A stretch of 64,000 nucleotides of DNA from a bacterium (GCA_032250835.1 JAVVEA010000001.1:288001-352000); one strand, 5' to 3'. Positions 47,275 to 58,870 are shown, numbered from the stretch's first letter. The notes: a model not told the origin generated them from the letters alone. Numbers and translations: made by a program.

Positions 47275-49035
47275 TCAAGCCGTTCCACTTTCCTTGGTCT
47301 TGCGTTGTTTCATCATCGCCATCACCTGTTCACGTTCTGCGTCACTGCCTTTGACAGCCCGCAGGCGCTGCTTGGTTTTGCCTAGATGAAACTCTTCGAT
47401 CAGCTTGGCCAGTTTATCTTCCGAATAGCTCTCGGTGCTGTAACGGTTTGCGCTACGCTGTAATTGCGTGATCACCGAGCTGTGTTCCGGAAAAAACCGG
47501 GGCATATCGAAGGGATGGATTTGCTCGTATTCGACGTCTTCTAAAGAGACGATCCGTTCAAATAATTCCCTTAAATAAATATTCGTAAGTTCTTCGGTTC
47601 CAACCTCCCTTCGGATGGTTTGTAGGGCTTGATGTTGCTCAATGAGGTAACAAATCAATGCCTTTTCGCTCGGTTCAATCTGCCTCAAGTCAATTCCCTG
47701 AGGCAGCCTAATCCCGGCCTCTAAGTTAGCCCGCGCCGGTTTGGGTGCGGATTGGGCACGACTGGTAAGCCGCCCCCTATCGACGCCAAATTTCTTGGCG
47801 ACGAGATTCAAAAAGATGTCGCGCTTATCGGCCGACTGAATCTCCCGGCTTAAGGCCACCAACTCCGAAGCTCGGTTGGCCTGCTGGGTCAGTCCCTTAT
47901 CGCGCACCTCATCATAGGCCCGGTCTAGTAAGTATTCATGGTCCCTAGGTGCCTCCTCTAAGAGGCGTGTCATCTGGGCGCTAGAATACTTCTTAAAAAA
48001 GTCATCCGGGTCCAATCCTTCGGGCAGTACCGCCACCCGCGCATCCAAATCATTTTCCACAAACAATCGCGCAGCCTTGGCTGCCGCAGTCTTGCCTGCT
48101 TCATCGCCGTCTAAGAGCAATTCTACTTCCGTCACACCTAACCGGCGCAAGGCCCGTACATGCTCTTGGTTGAGCGCCGTCCCGCAACCAGCAATGGCCC
48201 ATTTAAAGCCCTGTTCATGCAGCCGGATCACGTCCAAGTACCCCTCGACCAACAGCGCCTTCTTTGAGCGCCGGATTTCGTCGCGGGCCTCGAAGGCACC
48301 GTAAAAAACGCTGCTCTTCTTATAAAGCTCCGTCTCGGGCGGGTTGAGGTACTTCGGTTCCCCATCGCCCAAAATCCTTCCCGCAAAGCCCAGGCACCGC
48401 CCTTGTACGTCGCGGATCGGGAAGATCAGGCGGTCGCGTAGCCGGTCGTACCAGTTGCCACTCTCGCCTTGTTTGATCAACCCCGCCGACTCTTGAACCT
48501 TCTGTTCTACACCCTTGAGGTTCAAATAATCATGCAGCAAGGTCCAACCTTCAGGGGCCCAGCCCAACTGAAACCGGTCGGCCAATTCCAAACTCAACTC
48601 TCGCTGGGTCAAATACCGGCGCACCTTTGAATCCGCCCCGCCTTGTACCAAGCGGTTGCGGAAGTATTCTAAGGTCTGATCCAGACAGCTCCGGACCTCG
48701 CCAAATCCCTTATAGGCTTCGCCGCCGCCCTTGCGGTCCAGCTTATAGCCAGCACGGTCAGCCAAATATTCAACGGCTTCGATGAAATGGAAATGCTCCA
48801 CGTCCATCAAGAAGCCAATGGCGTTGCCATGGACCCCACAACCAAAGCAATGGTAACTTCCGCGCGACGGCGAGACCACAAAGGAGGGGGTCTTCTCCTG
48901 GTGGAAGGGGCATAGCCCCATAAAGTTTTGGCCCGACGCCTTCAGCGGCGTATAACCCGAAATCAACTGGACCAGATCGGTGGACTCTACAATGGCGTCA
49001 ATCTGTTCCTTGGGGATGTGGCCCTTGGGCTCCAT
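47275..49035 (-). CDS. dnaG: DNA primase
   Basis: CPFH.EKTPSF...[29 protein letters not shown]. Confidence 0.96.
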   Translation of the reverse strand: MEPKGHIPKEQIDAIVESTDLVQLISGYTPLKASGQNFMGLCPFHQEKTPSFVVSPSRGSYHCFGCGVHGNAIGFLMDVEHFHFIEAVEYLADRAGYKLDRKGGGEAYKGFGEVRSCLDQTLEYFRNRLVQGGADSKVRRYLTQRELSLELADRFQLGWAPEGWTLLHDYLNLKGVEQKVQESAGLIKQGESGNWYDRLRDRLIFPIRDVQGRCLGFAGRILGDGEPKYLNPPETELYKKSSVFYGAFEARDEIRRSKKALLVEGYLDVIRLHEQGFKWAIAGCGTALNQEHVRALRRLGVTEVELLLDGDEAGKTAAAKAARLFVENDLDARVAVLPEGLDPDDFFKKYSSAQMTRLLEEAPRDHEYLLDRAYDEVRDKGLTQQANRASELVALSREIQSADKRDIFLNLVAKKFGVDRGRLTSRAQSAPKPARANLEAGIRLPQGIDLRQIEPSEKALICYLIEQHQALQTIRREVGTEELTNIYLRELFERIVSLEDVEYEQIHPFDMPRFFPEHSSVITQLQRSANRYSTESYSEDKLAKLIEEFHLGKTKQRLRAVKGSDAEREQVMAMMKQRKTKESGTA

Positions 49036-49042
49036 AGCTCCC

Positions 49043-49870
49043 CTACACGAAAAGGCCTACGCCATCGGCGGCAGGCTCTACCAATCCTTTCTTAGCAGCG
49101 GCTTCAAAGAGGCGCTCGATCGCTTGGCGTCCTTCGGCGCCCAAATCCTTACTGAACTCGTTTACGTAGAGACCAATATGGGCATCGACCACCGCTTCGC
49201 CCATTTCCTGGGCATGTTCGCTAATAAAGCTCCTGGCCGCTTGTGGGTGAGCCTCGGCGTACATGATGCTTTCTTTGATCAGAGCTTGGATCGCTTGCTG
49301 GTCGGTTTTGGCTAGGTCACGGCGGACCAAAATCCCACCCAAAGGAATGGGCAATCCGCTGGTTTGCTCCCACCAGGCCCCTAGGTCGGCGTAACTATGC
49401 AAGCCCTGATCCTTATAGGTGAACCGCGATTCATGAATGATCACCCCCGAGTCCACTTCGCCGGACAAGACCGCTGGGATGATCTGGTCGAAGACCATCT
49501 GGACCGGCTCAAACTCACCTTCTTGAGACAGTTGGAACAAGAGATTGGCCGTGGTCCAGTCGCCGGGCAGCGCGACCTTTCCGCCCTTAGGGACTTGCTC
49601 GGTTTTGCCGATCCACAAGGGACCGCAACCACGCCCTAAAGCTCCGCCAGAACTGAGCAATTGGTACTGATCCAGCAAATGAAAATACGCGTGGATTGAG
49701 GCCTTGGTGATGTCTAGTTTTGCTGACCGCGCCAGTTGGTTTAGCTCCTCGACATCGTGTATATGGGGCACGAAGGCATAAGGGCTGTTGAGGCGTCGAT
49801 GGACGAGGGCGTCGAAGATGTAGGTGTCGTTCGGGCAGGAAGAAAAACCGAGGGTCAATTGACTCATCAT
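49043..49870 (-). CDS. mqnD: 1,4-dihydroxy-6-naphthoate synthase (futalosine menaquinone pathway)
   Basis: SCPNDT, DVEELN, GALGRGCGP, IHESRFTY, PIPLGG, HIGLYVN. Confidence 0.93.
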   Translation of the reverse strand: MMSQLTLGFSSCPNDTYIFDALVHRRLNSPYAFVPHIHDVEELNQLARSAKLDITKASIHAYFHLLDQYQLLSSGGALGRGCGPLWIGKTEQVPKGGKVALPGDWTTANLLFQLSQEGEFEPVQMVFDQIIPAVLSGEVDSGVIIHESRFTYKDQGLHSYADLGAWWEQTSGLPIPLGGILVRRDLAKTDQQAIQALIKESIMYAEAHPQAARSFISEHAQEMGEAVVDAHIGLYVNEFSKDLGAEGRQAIERLFEAAAKKGLVEPAADGVGLFV

Positions 49871-49906
49871 CAAAACGCCGAGGTGGGCCGAGGTGTAACC
49901 AGGAAC

Positions 49907-49928
49907 CCCGGAGTCCGAAGACTCCGGG
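49907..49928 (-). terminator. Stable hairpin after rpsT (terminator or mRNA stabiliser)
   Basis: Perfect 9-bp stem CCCGGAGTC-TTCG-GACTCCGGG with C(UUCG)G loop on the minus strand; U-tract weak. Confidence 0.5.
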
Positions 49929-49943
49929 TGCGAGCTTGTCTGC

Positions 49944-50210
49944 TTAGGCCAGCGCCTTGTTCAGCATCAGCGTCGTGCGCGACTTCTTGCGTGAAGCCGT
50001 GTTCTTGGTAATCACCCCTTTACTCTGGGCCTTGTCGATCACTTTGTGGATCGCGGGCAACAGCGTTTGGGCTTCGTCCTTCTGACCACCGTCGACCAGA
50101 GCAATAAACTTTTTCAGTTCAGTGCGCAGGTTGCCCTTGATGTCGCGGTTGTGCAGGCGGCGCTTGGCGTTCTGGCGGGCACGTTTGATTGCGGATTTGT
50201 GGTTTGCCAC
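49944..50210 (-). CDS. rpsT: 30S ribosomal protein S20
   Basis: MANHKSAIKRARQ, IDKA.SKGVI.KNTASRKKSR. Confidence 0.96.
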   Translation of the reverse strand: MANHKSAIKRARQNAKRRLHNRDIKGNLRTELKKFIALVDGGQKDEAQTLLPAIHKVIDKAQSKGVITKNTASRKKSRTTLMLNKALA

Positions 50211-50221
50211 GTCGTCTTCTC

Positions 50222-50593
50222 CTAAAAGGCGTTTTGCAAGTGTTCCAACCTAAGTCGTTCGCCGTCGTTAGTGACGGCGATTACGTCGAACCGAGGCTGT
50301 AGCCCTCGGATCTGTTTTTCTTCCAAATAAACCAAGGCCAGTTGGCGAATCTTTTTCGTCTTGGCCTGGGTCATCTGGAGCAGGGGGTCTAAGTCGGTGC
50401 GGGTTTTAACTTCCACAAAGACTATATACTCCCCCCATGTTGCCACCAAGTCCAACTCGCCCAGTTTGCACCGGTAGTTGGCCTCTAAAATCTTGTAGCC
50501 CTGCTTCTTCAGGTGCTTTTTGGCCAATTCTTCGCCCCTTTGGCCCAGCCGGTGGGCTGGGTTTTTGGGCTTTTTCTTGAAAAGGCCGCGCAC
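50222..50593 (-). CDS. yraN: YraN family (UPF0102) protein
   Basis: G.RGEELA, NYRCKLGELD, VFVEVKTR, RFDVIAV. Confidence 0.9.
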   Translation of the reverse strand: MRGLFKKKPKNPAHRLGQRGEELAKKHLKKQGYKILEANYRCKLGELDLVATWGEYIVFVEVKTRTDLDPLLQMTQAKTKKIRQLALVYLEEKQIRGLQPRFDVIAVTNDGERLRLEHLQNAF

Positions 50594-50595
50594 CC

Positions 50596-50952
50596 TTAGC
50601 GGGCCCGCATCTTCTCTTGAATCCGAGCGGCTTTACCGAAGCGATCACGCAGGTAATAAAGCTTCGAGCGGCGGACCTTACCGATGCGCAGGACGTCGAT
50701 GCTGTCGATCTTAGGCGAGTGCAGGGGGAAAACCCGCTCAATGCCGAAGCCGTTGCTTACCTTGCGGACCGTGAAGGTTGCCTTCAAGTTTTTTGCGCCG
50801 CCGTGCATGGCGATCACCACGCCCTCGAAGGGCTGAAGGCGTTCTTTCTCACCCTCTTTGATCTTGTAATAGACCTTAACGGTGGTGCCCACGTCGAAAC
50901 GGGGAAGTTCGCGTAGTTGCTCTTTTTCAATCTGATCGATCAGTTTGCTCAT
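50596..50952 (-). CDS. rplS: 50S ribosomal protein L19
   Basis: [44 protein letters not shown] 50952. Confidence 0.96.
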   Translation of the reverse strand: MSKLIDQIEKEQLRELPRFDVGTTVKVYYKIKEGEKERLQPFEGVVIAMHGGAKNLKATFTVRKVSNGFGIERVFPLHSPKIDSIDVLRIGKVRRSKLYYLRDRFGKAARIQEKMRAR

Positions 50953-50986
50953 TGCCGCTCCAAATCCAATAAGGAGGTTGTTGCCC

Positions 50987-51676
50987 TTAGGGCCTCGGGT
51001 CCAAGAGGTCAGGCCGCTTGTCCCTGGTTGTCCGACGGCTCTCATCAAGCCGCCAGTCGTCAATTTTTTTATGGTCCCCGCTCAGTAAAATCTCGGGAAC
51101 GCTCAGCCCGCGGAACTCCGCAGGTTTCGTGTATTGGGCGTGTTCTAGGCTAGGGGTCTCGAAGGATTCTTTTTCCAAAGAGGCCTCATTGCCAATCACC
51201 TCCGGCAGCAACCGGGCCACCGACTCCAAAACCGCCATGGCGGCCACTTCGCCGCCCATCAAAATATAATCGCCGAGGCTCAATTCTTCGTCGACAAACT
51301 GACAAATCCGCTCGTCAAAGCCTTCAAAGCGCCCGCAAATCAAAGCCAGGGGCTTATCCATTTCAGCCAACCGGTGGGCGTCCGCTTGAACGTACTTCTT
51401 AGCCCTAGGCGTGATCAGCAGGCGGTGGGCCTTTTTGCCTTGGGCCAACTCAGCGGCTTCTAAGGCTTCAATGATCGGCTCTGGGCGTAATACCATCCCA
51501 GCTCCGCCGCCGTAGGGCGTATCGTCCACCTTCTTGTGTTTGCCCAAACCTTGGTCGCGGAAGTTAAACCGCTTGACCTCCAGTTTGCCTTCTTCAATCG
51601 CCCGTCCCAGCAGTCCTGACGCCAAATAGGAGTCAAATAATTCGGGGTAGAGACTAAAGATCCAGAGTTCCTTCAC
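50987..51676 (-). CDS. trmD: tRNA (guanine37-N1)-methyltransferase
   Basis: [44 protein letters not shown]. Confidence 0.96.
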   Translation of the reverse strand: MKELWIFSLYPELFDSYLASGLLGRAIEEGKLEVKRFNFRDQGLGKHKKVDDTPYGGGAGMVLRPEPIIEALEAAELAQGKKAHRLLITPRAKKYVQADAHRLAEMDKPLALICGRFEGFDERICQFVDEELSLGDYILMGGEVAAMAVLESVARLLPEVIGNEASLEKESFETPSLEHAQYTKPAEFRGLSVPEILLSGDHKKIDDWRLDESRRTTRDKRPDLLDPRP

Positions 51677-52227
51677 TTCGACTCGTTTCGGTTGCTTTCG
51701 GGCCGGTTCAGTTCGCGCATCCCCGGTGCTAGGTCCAAAGTGATCCGGCCAGCTTCGACGTCGATCTCTTGGAGCACCTCGCCTACGGCGGGGAAAAAGA
51801 ACTCTCCGCCTAAGACATCGGCGACCTTATAAAGCAACTGCCCGGCGGTCTCTATAAAATCGACCACCTCGCCCAGTTCTTCGCCTTCTAAATTAAAGGC
51901 TTGGGTCCCGATCAGGTCATGCACGAAGAACTCGTCTTCTTCGAGCGGCTTCAGCCAGTCGTCTGGCACCCAAATCCCCATCCCCTTGTAGCCTTCGGCT
52001 TGGTTCAGGTCGTGGATTTCAAGGAACCGAAAAAGCCAATGCCCCTTAACGGGGCGAATCTGTTCAACCTGGGCCTCAAAGGCTTCGCTTTGGTCACGCC
52101 CATTCCAGAGCCAGACCTGTTCTAAGCCTTCGAAGAGTTCCAAGTCGTCGGTCAAGGGGTTGGCCTTCAGCTCTCCCTTAATCCCATGGGTGCCCCAGAT
52201 CTCACCGATCTGGGTCATCCGGTCCAT
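51673..52227 (-). CDS. rimM: Ribosome maturation factor RimM
   Basis: IGEI.GTHGIKGE, EFFVHDLIG; between rpsP and trmD. Confidence 0.92.
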   Translation of the reverse strand: MDRMTQIGEIWGTHGIKGELKANPLTDDLELFEGLEQVWLWNGRDQSEAFEAQVEQIRPVKGHWLFRFLEIHDLNQAEGYKGMGIWVPDDWLKPLEEDEFFVHDLIGTQAFNLEGEELGEVVDFIETAGQLLYKVADVLGGEFFFPAVGEVLQEIDVEAGRITLDLAPGMRELNRPESNRNESK

Positions 52228-52236
52228 TGCCAAGGC

Positions 52237-52764
52237 TTAAGCCTCTTCGGCGGGGGCCTCGTCGCCACCTTTTGCCGCTTCAGCATCGGCTGCGGGCGCT
52301 GCATCAGCAGCCGCCTTAGCTTCTGCGGCAGCAGCTTCTTCGGCAGCCTTAGCTTCAGCAGCGGCAGCAGCTTCTTCAGCCGCTTTTGCATCCGCAGCGG
52401 CCTTTGCTTCTGCGGCCTTAGCGGCTTCTTCAGCAGCCTTAGCGTCAGCAGCGGCCTTTTCAGCAGCCAACTTGGCGGCCAGCTTACCGGCCAGAGCTTC
52501 GCGGCGCTGCTCGGTAAAAACCGGCGCGATTTCAAAACCGTTTTTGATCAACAACTTGTTGACCGTTTCCGAGGTACTGGCCCCATTGTCAAGCCAGTAC
52601 TGGATGCGCTCCTTTTTGAGCTCCAGGTCTTTGCTTAAAGGGTTCCAGGTGCCCAACTTCTCTAAGAAGCGGCCATCACGCGGTGAGCGGATGTCCGAGG
52701 CGACCATGCGGTAAACCGGCTTTTTCTTGCTGCCCGTACGGGCGAGGCGAATTCTTACTGCCAC
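52237..52764 (-). CDS. rpsP: 30S ribosomal protein S16 with Ala/Glu/Lys-rich C-terminal extension
   Basis: [33 protein letters not shown]. Confidence 0.95.
   Translation of the reverse strand: MAVRIRLARTGSKKKPVYRMVASDIRSPRDGRFLEKLGTWNPLSKDLELKKERIQYWLDNGASTSETVNKLLIKNGFEIAPVFTEQRREALAGKLAAKLAAEKAAADAKAAEEAAKAAEAKAAADAKAAEEAAAAAEAKAAEEAAAAEAKAAADAAPAADAEAAKGGDEAPAEEA
52240..52470 (-). repeat. Low-complexity coding repeat in the S16 tail
   Basis: Repeated [13 protein letters not shown] / AEAKAA units. Confidence 0.7.
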
Positions 52765-52812
52765 TGAAAACTCTCCATTCGACTGTTTAGGTCTGTGTGA
52801 TAAAAAAGCCCC

Positions 52813-54171
52813 TTAGAAGGGGCCCATGCCGCCGGGGCCACCCATCATGTTCTGCATGGCCCTCATGCTTTTCTTGCCGCCCATAGAAGAAAACTTTTTC
52901 ATCATCTTCTTCATTTGGGTAAAGTTCTTTAAAAGGCGATTCACGTCACTTACCTGGGTTCCACTGCCTTTGGCAACCCTTACTTTTCGGGGCCCGCTGA
53001 TGACACTAGGGTTTTCCCGCTCCGCCAAGGTCATCGAATTGATGATCGCCTCAACCTTGACCAGATTCTTGTCGTCCAGCTCCCCGCCTTGGGGGAGGTT
53101 AGCACCCACGCCGGGGATCATCTTCATCAAGTCACCCAGGCTGCCCATTTTGCGGATCTGGCGCAGTTGGTCGCGGAAATCGGTTAAGGTAAAATCATTT
53201 TGGCGGAGCTTCTGTTCCATCTTCTTGGCATCGGCCAAGTTGATGTGCTCCTGGGCTTTTTCGATCAACCCCACCATGTCGCCCATCCCCAAGATACGCG
53301 AAGCGATCCGGTCGGGATAAAAGGGCTCCAAATCTTCAATCTTTTCGCCTACGCCTATAAACTTCACCGGCTGCCCGGTGATGGCGCGGATCGAAAGGGC
53401 CGCACCGCCGCGCGCATCGCCGTCCATCTTGGTCAGGATAAATCCGGTGATCCCTAACCGTTCGTGGAAAGCGTTGGCCACGTTGACCGCTTCTTGACCG
53501 GTCATGGCGTCGGCGACAAACAAAATTTCGTCAATAGGCACCCGGGCCTTGATGGCTTCCAGCTCGGCCATTAACTGGTCGTCGATCTGCAAGCGGCCTG
53601 CGGTATCGATCATCAAATAGTCCGCCAGCTGCCTTCCCGCTTCCTCGTAGGCCAACATGGCGATATCTGCGGCGGCTTGTTGGCTGTTAGAGTCGTAACA
53701 AGCAACGCCCACTTCCTTCGAGAGCACCTTAAGCTGCTCAATAGCCGCCGGACGGTAGATATCCGCGCTGGCCAGAAACATCTTTTTGCCGTCTTTTTTT
53801 AACCGGCGCGCCAATTTGGCGGTGGTGGTGGTCTTACCAGAACCCTGCAAGCCAACCATCATCACCACCGTGGGCGACTTTTCCGAACGGTTCAGCGCAT
53901 GGTTCTCGGTGCCCATCATCTGGGCTAGTTCGTCGTTGACGATCTTGATGAATTGTTGAGCGGGGCTCAAGCTACCCATCACCTCTTGACCTAAGGCGCG
54001 TTTCTTGACGGATTTCAAAAAGGAATTAACTACCCGATAATTGACATCCGCTTCGAGCAATGCCATTTTTACTTCCTTCAAGGAAGCCTGGATATTGCTC
54101 TCGCTCAGCACACCCTTGTTGGTGAGCTTCTTGAATGCGGAGTTAAATTTTTGGGTCAGTGAATCAAACAT
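52813..54171 (-). CDS. ffh: Signal recognition particle protein
   Basis: [28 protein letters not shown], Met-rich M domain. Confidence 0.97.
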   Translation of the reverse strand: MFDSLTQKFNSAFKKLTNKGVLSESNIQASLKEVKMALLEADVNYRVVNSFLKSVKKRALGQEVMGSLSPAQQFIKIVNDELAQMMGTENHALNRSEKSPTVVMMVGLQGSGKTTTTAKLARRLKKDGKKMFLASADIYRPAAIEQLKVLSKEVGVACYDSNSQQAAADIAMLAYEEAGRQLADYLMIDTAGRLQIDDQLMAELEAIKARVPIDEILFVADAMTGQEAVNVANAFHERLGITGFILTKMDGDARGGAALSIRAITGQPVKFIGVGEKIEDLEPFYPDRIASRILGMGDMVGLIEKAQEHINLADAKKMEQKLRQNDFTLTDFRDQLRQIRKMGSLGDLMKMIPGVGANLPQGGELDDKNLVKVEAIINSMTLAERENPSVISGPRKVRVAKGSGTQVSDVNRLLKNFTQMKKMMKKFSSMGGKKSMRAMQNMMGGPGGMGPF

Positions 54172-54220
54172 CCTTTTCGCCTGTCGACGATCCCATTCAG
54201 GTAAATCCTAGAGCCTAGTG

Positions 54221-54745
54221 ATGAAAACTTTCCTTGTCAATCCCCTGCTTCGCTGGGGCTGGTTTTTTTTAATTCTGCTGGGAGGTTGCGGATTCCAACT
54301 AAATCGGAATCAGGTAGGATTACCGGCCGGTGCACGCCATATTAGCCTAGCCGAGGTCTCTAACCAGACCTTCATCCCTCGGCTCGACATTGACCTCAAA
54401 CAACGGCTGGCCGGGCTCTTTAGCCGCGCTTCGGTGCCGGTGAAGTCGGTCCAGGCCGCGGATCTGGCCTTCAAGGTGGTTATCGTTAACTCCACCCAAA
54501 GCCGCGAAGACCTGGCCGAGTTCAACGGGCAAACCTACCGATTTGTGGTGATCCATACTGCCTTGTTGAGCGTAACCGACAACCGCACCGGTAAGATGCT
54601 TTTTGACAAAGCCCCGGTAGATGGACGTTTTGACTTCGAGACCCAGTCAACCCAGCTAACCACCGACCAAACCCTAGAAGCTCGGCGCAAGGCGCTTGAC
54701 CAATTGGCCCAAGGGCTGGCCAACAAATTGACCCAAAACTTTTAG
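54221..54745 (+). CDS. lptE: LPS assembly lipoprotein LptE-like
   Basis: Lipobox LGGC-GFQL; size and C-terminal helix match LptE. Confidence 0.7.
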   Translation: MKTFLVNPLLRWGWFFLILLGGCGFQLNRNQVGLPAGARHISLAEVSNQTFIPRLDIDLKQRLAGLFSRASVPVKSVQAADLAFKVVIVNSTQSREDLAEFNGQTYRFVVIHTALLSVTDNRTGKMLFDKAPVDGRFDFETQSTQLTTDQTLEARRKALDQLAQGLANKLTQNF

Positions 54746-54915
54746 TTCGCCCGCTTTTCGGCCCGCTCGATCAGCAACAAGGGAATTCCCTCTTCGATCG
54801 GGTAATGCAGTTGGCAAGCGGCACATTCCAAAGCACCGCCATCGGTATTTTCGCTTAAGTCGCCCTTACAGGCTGGGCAAGCGAGTAGCTCAAGGTATTC
54901 TGGGCTAAGGCTCAT
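54742..54915 (-). CDS. Trm112-like (YcaR/UPF0434) protein
   Basis: Not in ORF track. [20 protein letters not shown]...[23 protein letters not shown] overlaps the pgi stop. Confidence 0.88.
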   Translation of the reverse strand: MSLSPEYLELLACPACKGDLSENTDGGALECAACQLHYPIEEGIPLLLIERAEKRAN

Positions 54916-56534
54916 GAGGGTTGGCTCCGTTGGTGGTAAAAGTTTAGCTGTGCGGCCGTCGAGGCATCCTGCTCCGGTGACACCTGCCCGGACTTTAAAT
55001 CTTCTAAGATCCCTTTAGCCAGTTGTTTACCCAGCTCGACGCCCCATTGGTCGAAGGAGTAGATGTTCCACAAGATCCCTTGCACAAAGATTTTGTGTTC
55101 ATAAAGGGCAATCAACGCCCCCAGGCTTTCGGGTGTCAACTTGGCGGCCAGCAGCGAGGTGCTCGGGCGGTTGCCTTCAAAGAGCTTAAAGGGAATCAGC
55201 TCCTCTGGGCAGGACTCCGCCTTGAGTTCTTTGATCCCCTTACCAAAGGCCAGGGCCTTTTGCTGGGCAAAGAAATTAGCCATCAATTTTTCTTGATGGT
55301 CGCCCAACTCGTTTAAGGGCTGAACAAAGCCGATGAAGTCGCAGGGGATTAGCTTGGTGCCCTGATGGATCAACTGATAAAAGGCATGTTGCCCACCGGT
55401 GCCGGGCTCGCCCCATACGATCGGGCCGGTCTGGTAGTTGACCGGGCGGCCTTGGCGGTCCGTTCCTTTGCCGTTTGATTCCATATCGCCTTGCTGGAAA
55501 TAAGCAGGAAAGCGGCTGAGGTATTGACTATAGGGAAGCAACGCGACCGACTGGGCCCCAAAGAAGTTGTTGTACCAAAGTCCTACCAAGGCCAGATTGA
55601 CCGGCAAGTTTTCGGCCATGGGGGCTTCTAAGAAGTGTTGGTCCATGGCGTAGAACCCGGCGCGTAGGGCATCGAAGACCTCAGGCCCCAAGCCCAAGAC
55701 CAAAGACAAGCCAATGGCCGAAGTCAGAGAGTAACGCCCGCCAACCCAATCCCAAAACTCAAAAACATTTTCCTTGGCAATGCCAAAGGCTTGCACTGCC
55801 TCTAAGTTGGTCGAAAGCGCAACGAAGTGCTGGGCTACCGCCTTTTCCTCGCCCAAAGCCGCCAGCAACCAATCTTTAGCGCTATAGGCGTTGGTCATGG
55901 TTTCTTGGGTGGTGAAGGTCTTGCTGGCCACGATAAACAAGGTTTCCTCGGGGTCCAAACCCACCAGGGCCTCAGAGATATGGGCTCCGTCGATATTCGA
56001 GACAAACTCCACCTTCAAGTCCCGCTTGGAATAAAATTTTAGGGCCTCATAAACCATCTGGGGCCCCAAATCGGACCCGCCGATCCCGATATTGACAATG
56101 TTTTTTAGTTTTTTGCCCGTAAAGCCCAAGAACCGGCCCTCATGCACCCGATGGGCAAAGGAGGTCATCTTTTCAACCACCGCCACCACACCAGGCATAA
56201 CGTCTTGCCCGTCGACCATCATCGGCTTGCCCGAAAGGTTGCGCAGCGCCATATGCATCACCGCCCGATTTTCAGTGCGGTTGATCTTTTCTCCGCGGGC
56301 CATGGCGGCGGCCTCCTGGGGCACCTTAAGGGCGACAGCTAGATCTTGCAGTAGCGATAAGGTCTCGCCGGTCAGGCGATTTTTAGAGAAGTCCACCCGC
56401 CATCCAGCGGCTTCAAGGGTCAGCGCATCGACTCGGTTTGGGTCGGCGGCAAAGAGGTCGCGCAAGTGGAGGTTTTCGACCTGGGCGTAGTGCGCCTCAA
56501 GTTTGCGCCACTCGGGCGTATCGGTAGGATTCAT
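54912..56534 (-). CDS. pgi: Glucose-6-phosphate isomerase
   Basis: [44 protein letters not shown]. Confidence 0.97.
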   Translation of the reverse strand: MNPTDTPEWRKLEAHYAQVENLHLRDLFAADPNRVDALTLEAAGWRVDFSKNRLTGETLSLLQDLAVALKVPQEAAAMARGEKINRTENRAVMHMALRNLSGKPMMVDGQDVMPGVVAVVEKMTSFAHRVHEGRFLGFTGKKLKNIVNIGIGGSDLGPQMVYEALKFYSKRDLKVEFVSNIDGAHISEALVGLDPEETLFIVASKTFTTQETMTNAYSAKDWLLAALGEEKAVAQHFVALSTNLEAVQAFGIAKENVFEFWDWVGGRYSLTSAIGLSLVLGLGPEVFDALRAGFYAMDQHFLEAPMAENLPVNLALVGLWYNNFFGAQSVALLPYSQYLSRFPAYFQQGDMESNGKGTDRQGRPVNYQTGPIVWGEPGTGGQHAFYQLIHQGTKLIPCDFIGFVQPLNELGDHQEKLMANFFAQQKALAFGKGIKELKAESCPEELIPFKLFEGNRPSTSLLAAKLTPESLGALIALYEHKIFVQGILWNIYSFDQWGVELGKQLAKGILEDLKSGQVSPEQDASTAAQLNFYHQRSQPS

Positions 56535-56662
56535 CAGCAGCCCCAGACAAAAGGTTTGTTTAGATCATACCCATCATTGCTGGATTTGCCTAGTCCAAAG
56601 AAACTTGCCAATTTGTTGGAGTGCGCTTAGTCTAGGTAAACTCTTAGCGCCGATTTATCGAG

Positions 56663-57130
56663 ATGAATTTTTTCGACCTGACCTTTCTTTTAGTGACCCT
56701 TTTCTTTGGCCTATTGGCTTGGTTTAAAGGGCCGATCTTCGAAGCCATCGGACTAGCGGGCTGTTTGGGCGGTTTTTTTGTCGCCGAACGTTTACTTAGG
56801 GCCGGTAAACTAGCGGAACTAACCGGCGGCTGGCTTCAATCCACGCTCATGAACTACGCGGCTATCTGCCTAGCTGGTTGGTTGGTCGGGCTGCTGTTGG
56901 GGCGATTGGCAACGGCCTTGGGCCTGCACCCGCCTAAAGCAACAGGCCTAAAATACTTGGCTTTGTTCCTGGGGCTTTTTAAGTCTCAGGTGATCAACGT
57001 GATGATCTACGCGTTGGTAGTGCTTTACGTACCTTCCTTTGACGATGACCTGAACCGCTCCATGCTGCGTGGCTGGCTGGGCGGAATGCACCATCTGCTG
57101 GGTGGTGCGAAACTTGCTTTGATAGGTTAG
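56663..57130 (+). CDS. cvpA: CvpA (colicin V production) family membrane protein
   Basis: MNFFD...KG...E N-terminus, four TM helices, G.FK motif. Confidence 0.7.
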   Translation: MNFFDLTFLLVTLFFGLLAWFKGPIFEAIGLAGCLGGFFVAERLLRAGKLAELTGGWLQSTLMNYAAICLAGWLVGLLLGRLATALGLHPPKATGLKYLALFLGLFKSQVINVMIYALVVLYVPSFDDDLNRSMLRGWLGGMHHLLGGAKLALIG

Positions 57131-57219
57131 GATAACCAACTAACGCCCCAGGGACCGGCTTGTAGCACAAAAGCCAGACCAGTCCGCCGGGTAACAACCG
57201 CCAAAGCGAATCCGGGCCA

Positions 57220-58836
57220 ATGTCCAAATCCCAGGTTCTTCAAATTATGCTCACTGCTGCCCTGCTCACGGGTTGCGGCTGGTTCGGCTCTGATCCGAAG
57301 CCGCCGGAGTCTGCCCTGAGTAGTAACGCAACCGCAGAACAGCAAACCCCCGAAGAATCCAGTTGGTTCGGCAATCTTTTCACCTTAGAAAAGGACCAAA
57401 CCGCGCAAGCGCAACCCCCAGAAGCCGCCGCAGCCCCTAAATCAGAGCCCGAGCCCCCAACGGAGCCGGTAGCTCGCCAGTCCAACTGGACTCTGGCCGG
57501 CTGGATCAAAGGGCTATGGGGTAGTGCTAGTGTGTCGGTCCCGATGAACGAATTGGGCGGCCTAGACGAAATTGCTGAGGGCAATGAAGCGGACCGAAAA
57601 GCCAAACTCCAAGCCTTTATCGCCGCTAAATTGCAACGGATTGACCGGATCTACGTGCAGAGCTTTACGGGTGAAAACTTAAGCGAGGTCCGCAAGGGCC
57701 TGTTCGCGGCCCTAGAGCAACAAAGTCATTATGAGGTGGTGGAGATATTGCCCGATGATATGGAATCCACGGCGGTCCTTCGGATCAAAGTAGAAGACTA
57801 CAATATCTGGGACAGTGAAGAAAAATTCGACCTCCCCAAAGCGGAGCTCTACGCTGAAGAAGCCCGCAAGTTGCTCCCACGCCAAATTGTACGCCGTAAT
57901 GCTCTGGTGGGCGTCAGCTTGTCGCTCTTTGATGCCCAAACGGGCATGCCGCTGGTACGCGGGATCTATTCACAACCCTTCCAGCAAATTTACGTCGGGG
58001 ACGATATCGCCAAGATGCCCAAAGCACCGCGTGAGATGCAACGTCTGACCACCATCTTGATCACCAAAATCCTCAACGCCTTTAACGCCAAAGAAACAGA
58101 TCTATTCGGCAAAAACGATTTAGACCTGGAACGGGGCACCAGTTGGGGCTGGTTTGCCGACGAAATCCACGACCCAGGAGATCGGCGTATCATGAAAGGG
58201 ATCAAGCTCGCCGAGGTCGGCGAAATCGAACAAGCAGTCGGTCTGTTTAAGCTGGTTCTTTACGCACCGGACCGAACAGAGCCCCAAGAAATTTACCGCA
58301 GCAACCGGGCCAGCGCCTATTACAACCTAGGCATACTCTACCAATCCCAAGGCGACCATCTCTTTGCCGCCAAAATGTTTTCTCAGGCCAACCGCTTGGT
58401 GCAGAAGCTAAAATATGCCCAAGCCTGGGGCGATAACATGCACGCCTGGATCGACCAGAAGTCGGACAGCCAACGCAACCAAGAGATAGAGGTGGTTTTG
58501 CCTGAGCCCAAGGATGTGCAGGACCCCCCGAAGAAACGGCCCGATGTAATCCAGATTTTAGAGTCCAATCCCAATTTATTGCTGAATGCCCAAGACCTTT
58601 GGCCCTTGGAGCCTTCCATTAAAAATGCCGAACCCGGCCAGCTCAACGGAACCCAACGCAGCAGCCTGGACGCTCCGGCGCGACACTTTGACAAGCAAGG
58701 CTACATCGACCGCGGGCTAGACGATCAGCCGCCGGCTCCGCTGCCTTGGCGTAAGCCCGACCCCATGTCGGCGTCGGAGAGCCAGCAGATGCCCCAAAAC
58801 CAACCGGGCGGTGGGTTGATCCTGCCTGCCAACTAG
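57220..58836 (+). CDS. Lipoprotein with alpha/beta domain and TPR region
   Basis: Lipobox LLTGC, Pro-rich linker, TPR-like AYYNLGILY. Confidence 0.75.
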   Translation: MSKSQVLQIMLTAALLTGCGWFGSDPKPPESALSSNATAEQQTPEESSWFGNLFTLEKDQTAQAQPPEAAAAPKSEPEPPTEPVARQSNWTLAGWIKGLWGSASVSVPMNELGGLDEIAEGNEADRKAKLQAFIAAKLQRIDRIYVQSFTGENLSEVRKGLFAALEQQSHYEVVEILPDDMESTAVLRIKVEDYNIWDSEEKFDLPKAELYAEEARKLLPRQIVRRNALVGVSLSLFDAQTGMPLVRGIYSQPFQQIYVGDDIAKMPKAPREMQRLTTILITKILNAFNAKETDLFGKNDLDLERGTSWGWFADEIHDPGDRRIMKGIKLAEVGEIEQAVGLFKLVLYAPDRTEPQEIYRSNRASAYYNLGILYQSQGDHLFAAKMFSQANRLVQKLKYAQAWGDNMHAWIDQKSDSQRNQEIEVVLPEPKDVQDPPKKRPDVIQILESNPNLLLNAQDLWPLEPSIKNAEPGQLNGTQRSSLDAPARHFDKQGYIDRGLDDQPPAPLPWRKPDPMSASESQQMPQNQPGGGLILPAN

Positions 58837-58841
58837 CGGAC

Positions 58842-58870
58842 TTGCCCCTTAAAGGGCTTTGCACTAAACT
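58842..58870 (+). promoter_or_regulatory. Possible sigma70 promoter
   Basis: TTGCCC-17 nt-TAAACT, followed by AGGAG RBS. Confidence 0.45.

Noticed and set aside
50953-51063. Extended rplS N-terminus
   Set aside because: Overlaps trmD; L19 homology begins at ATG 50952, which has a GGAG RBS.
52186-52638. Alternative-frame ORFs over rpsP (150 aa on +, 106 aa on -)
   Set aside because: Shadows of the stop-poor Ala/Glu/Lys repeat.
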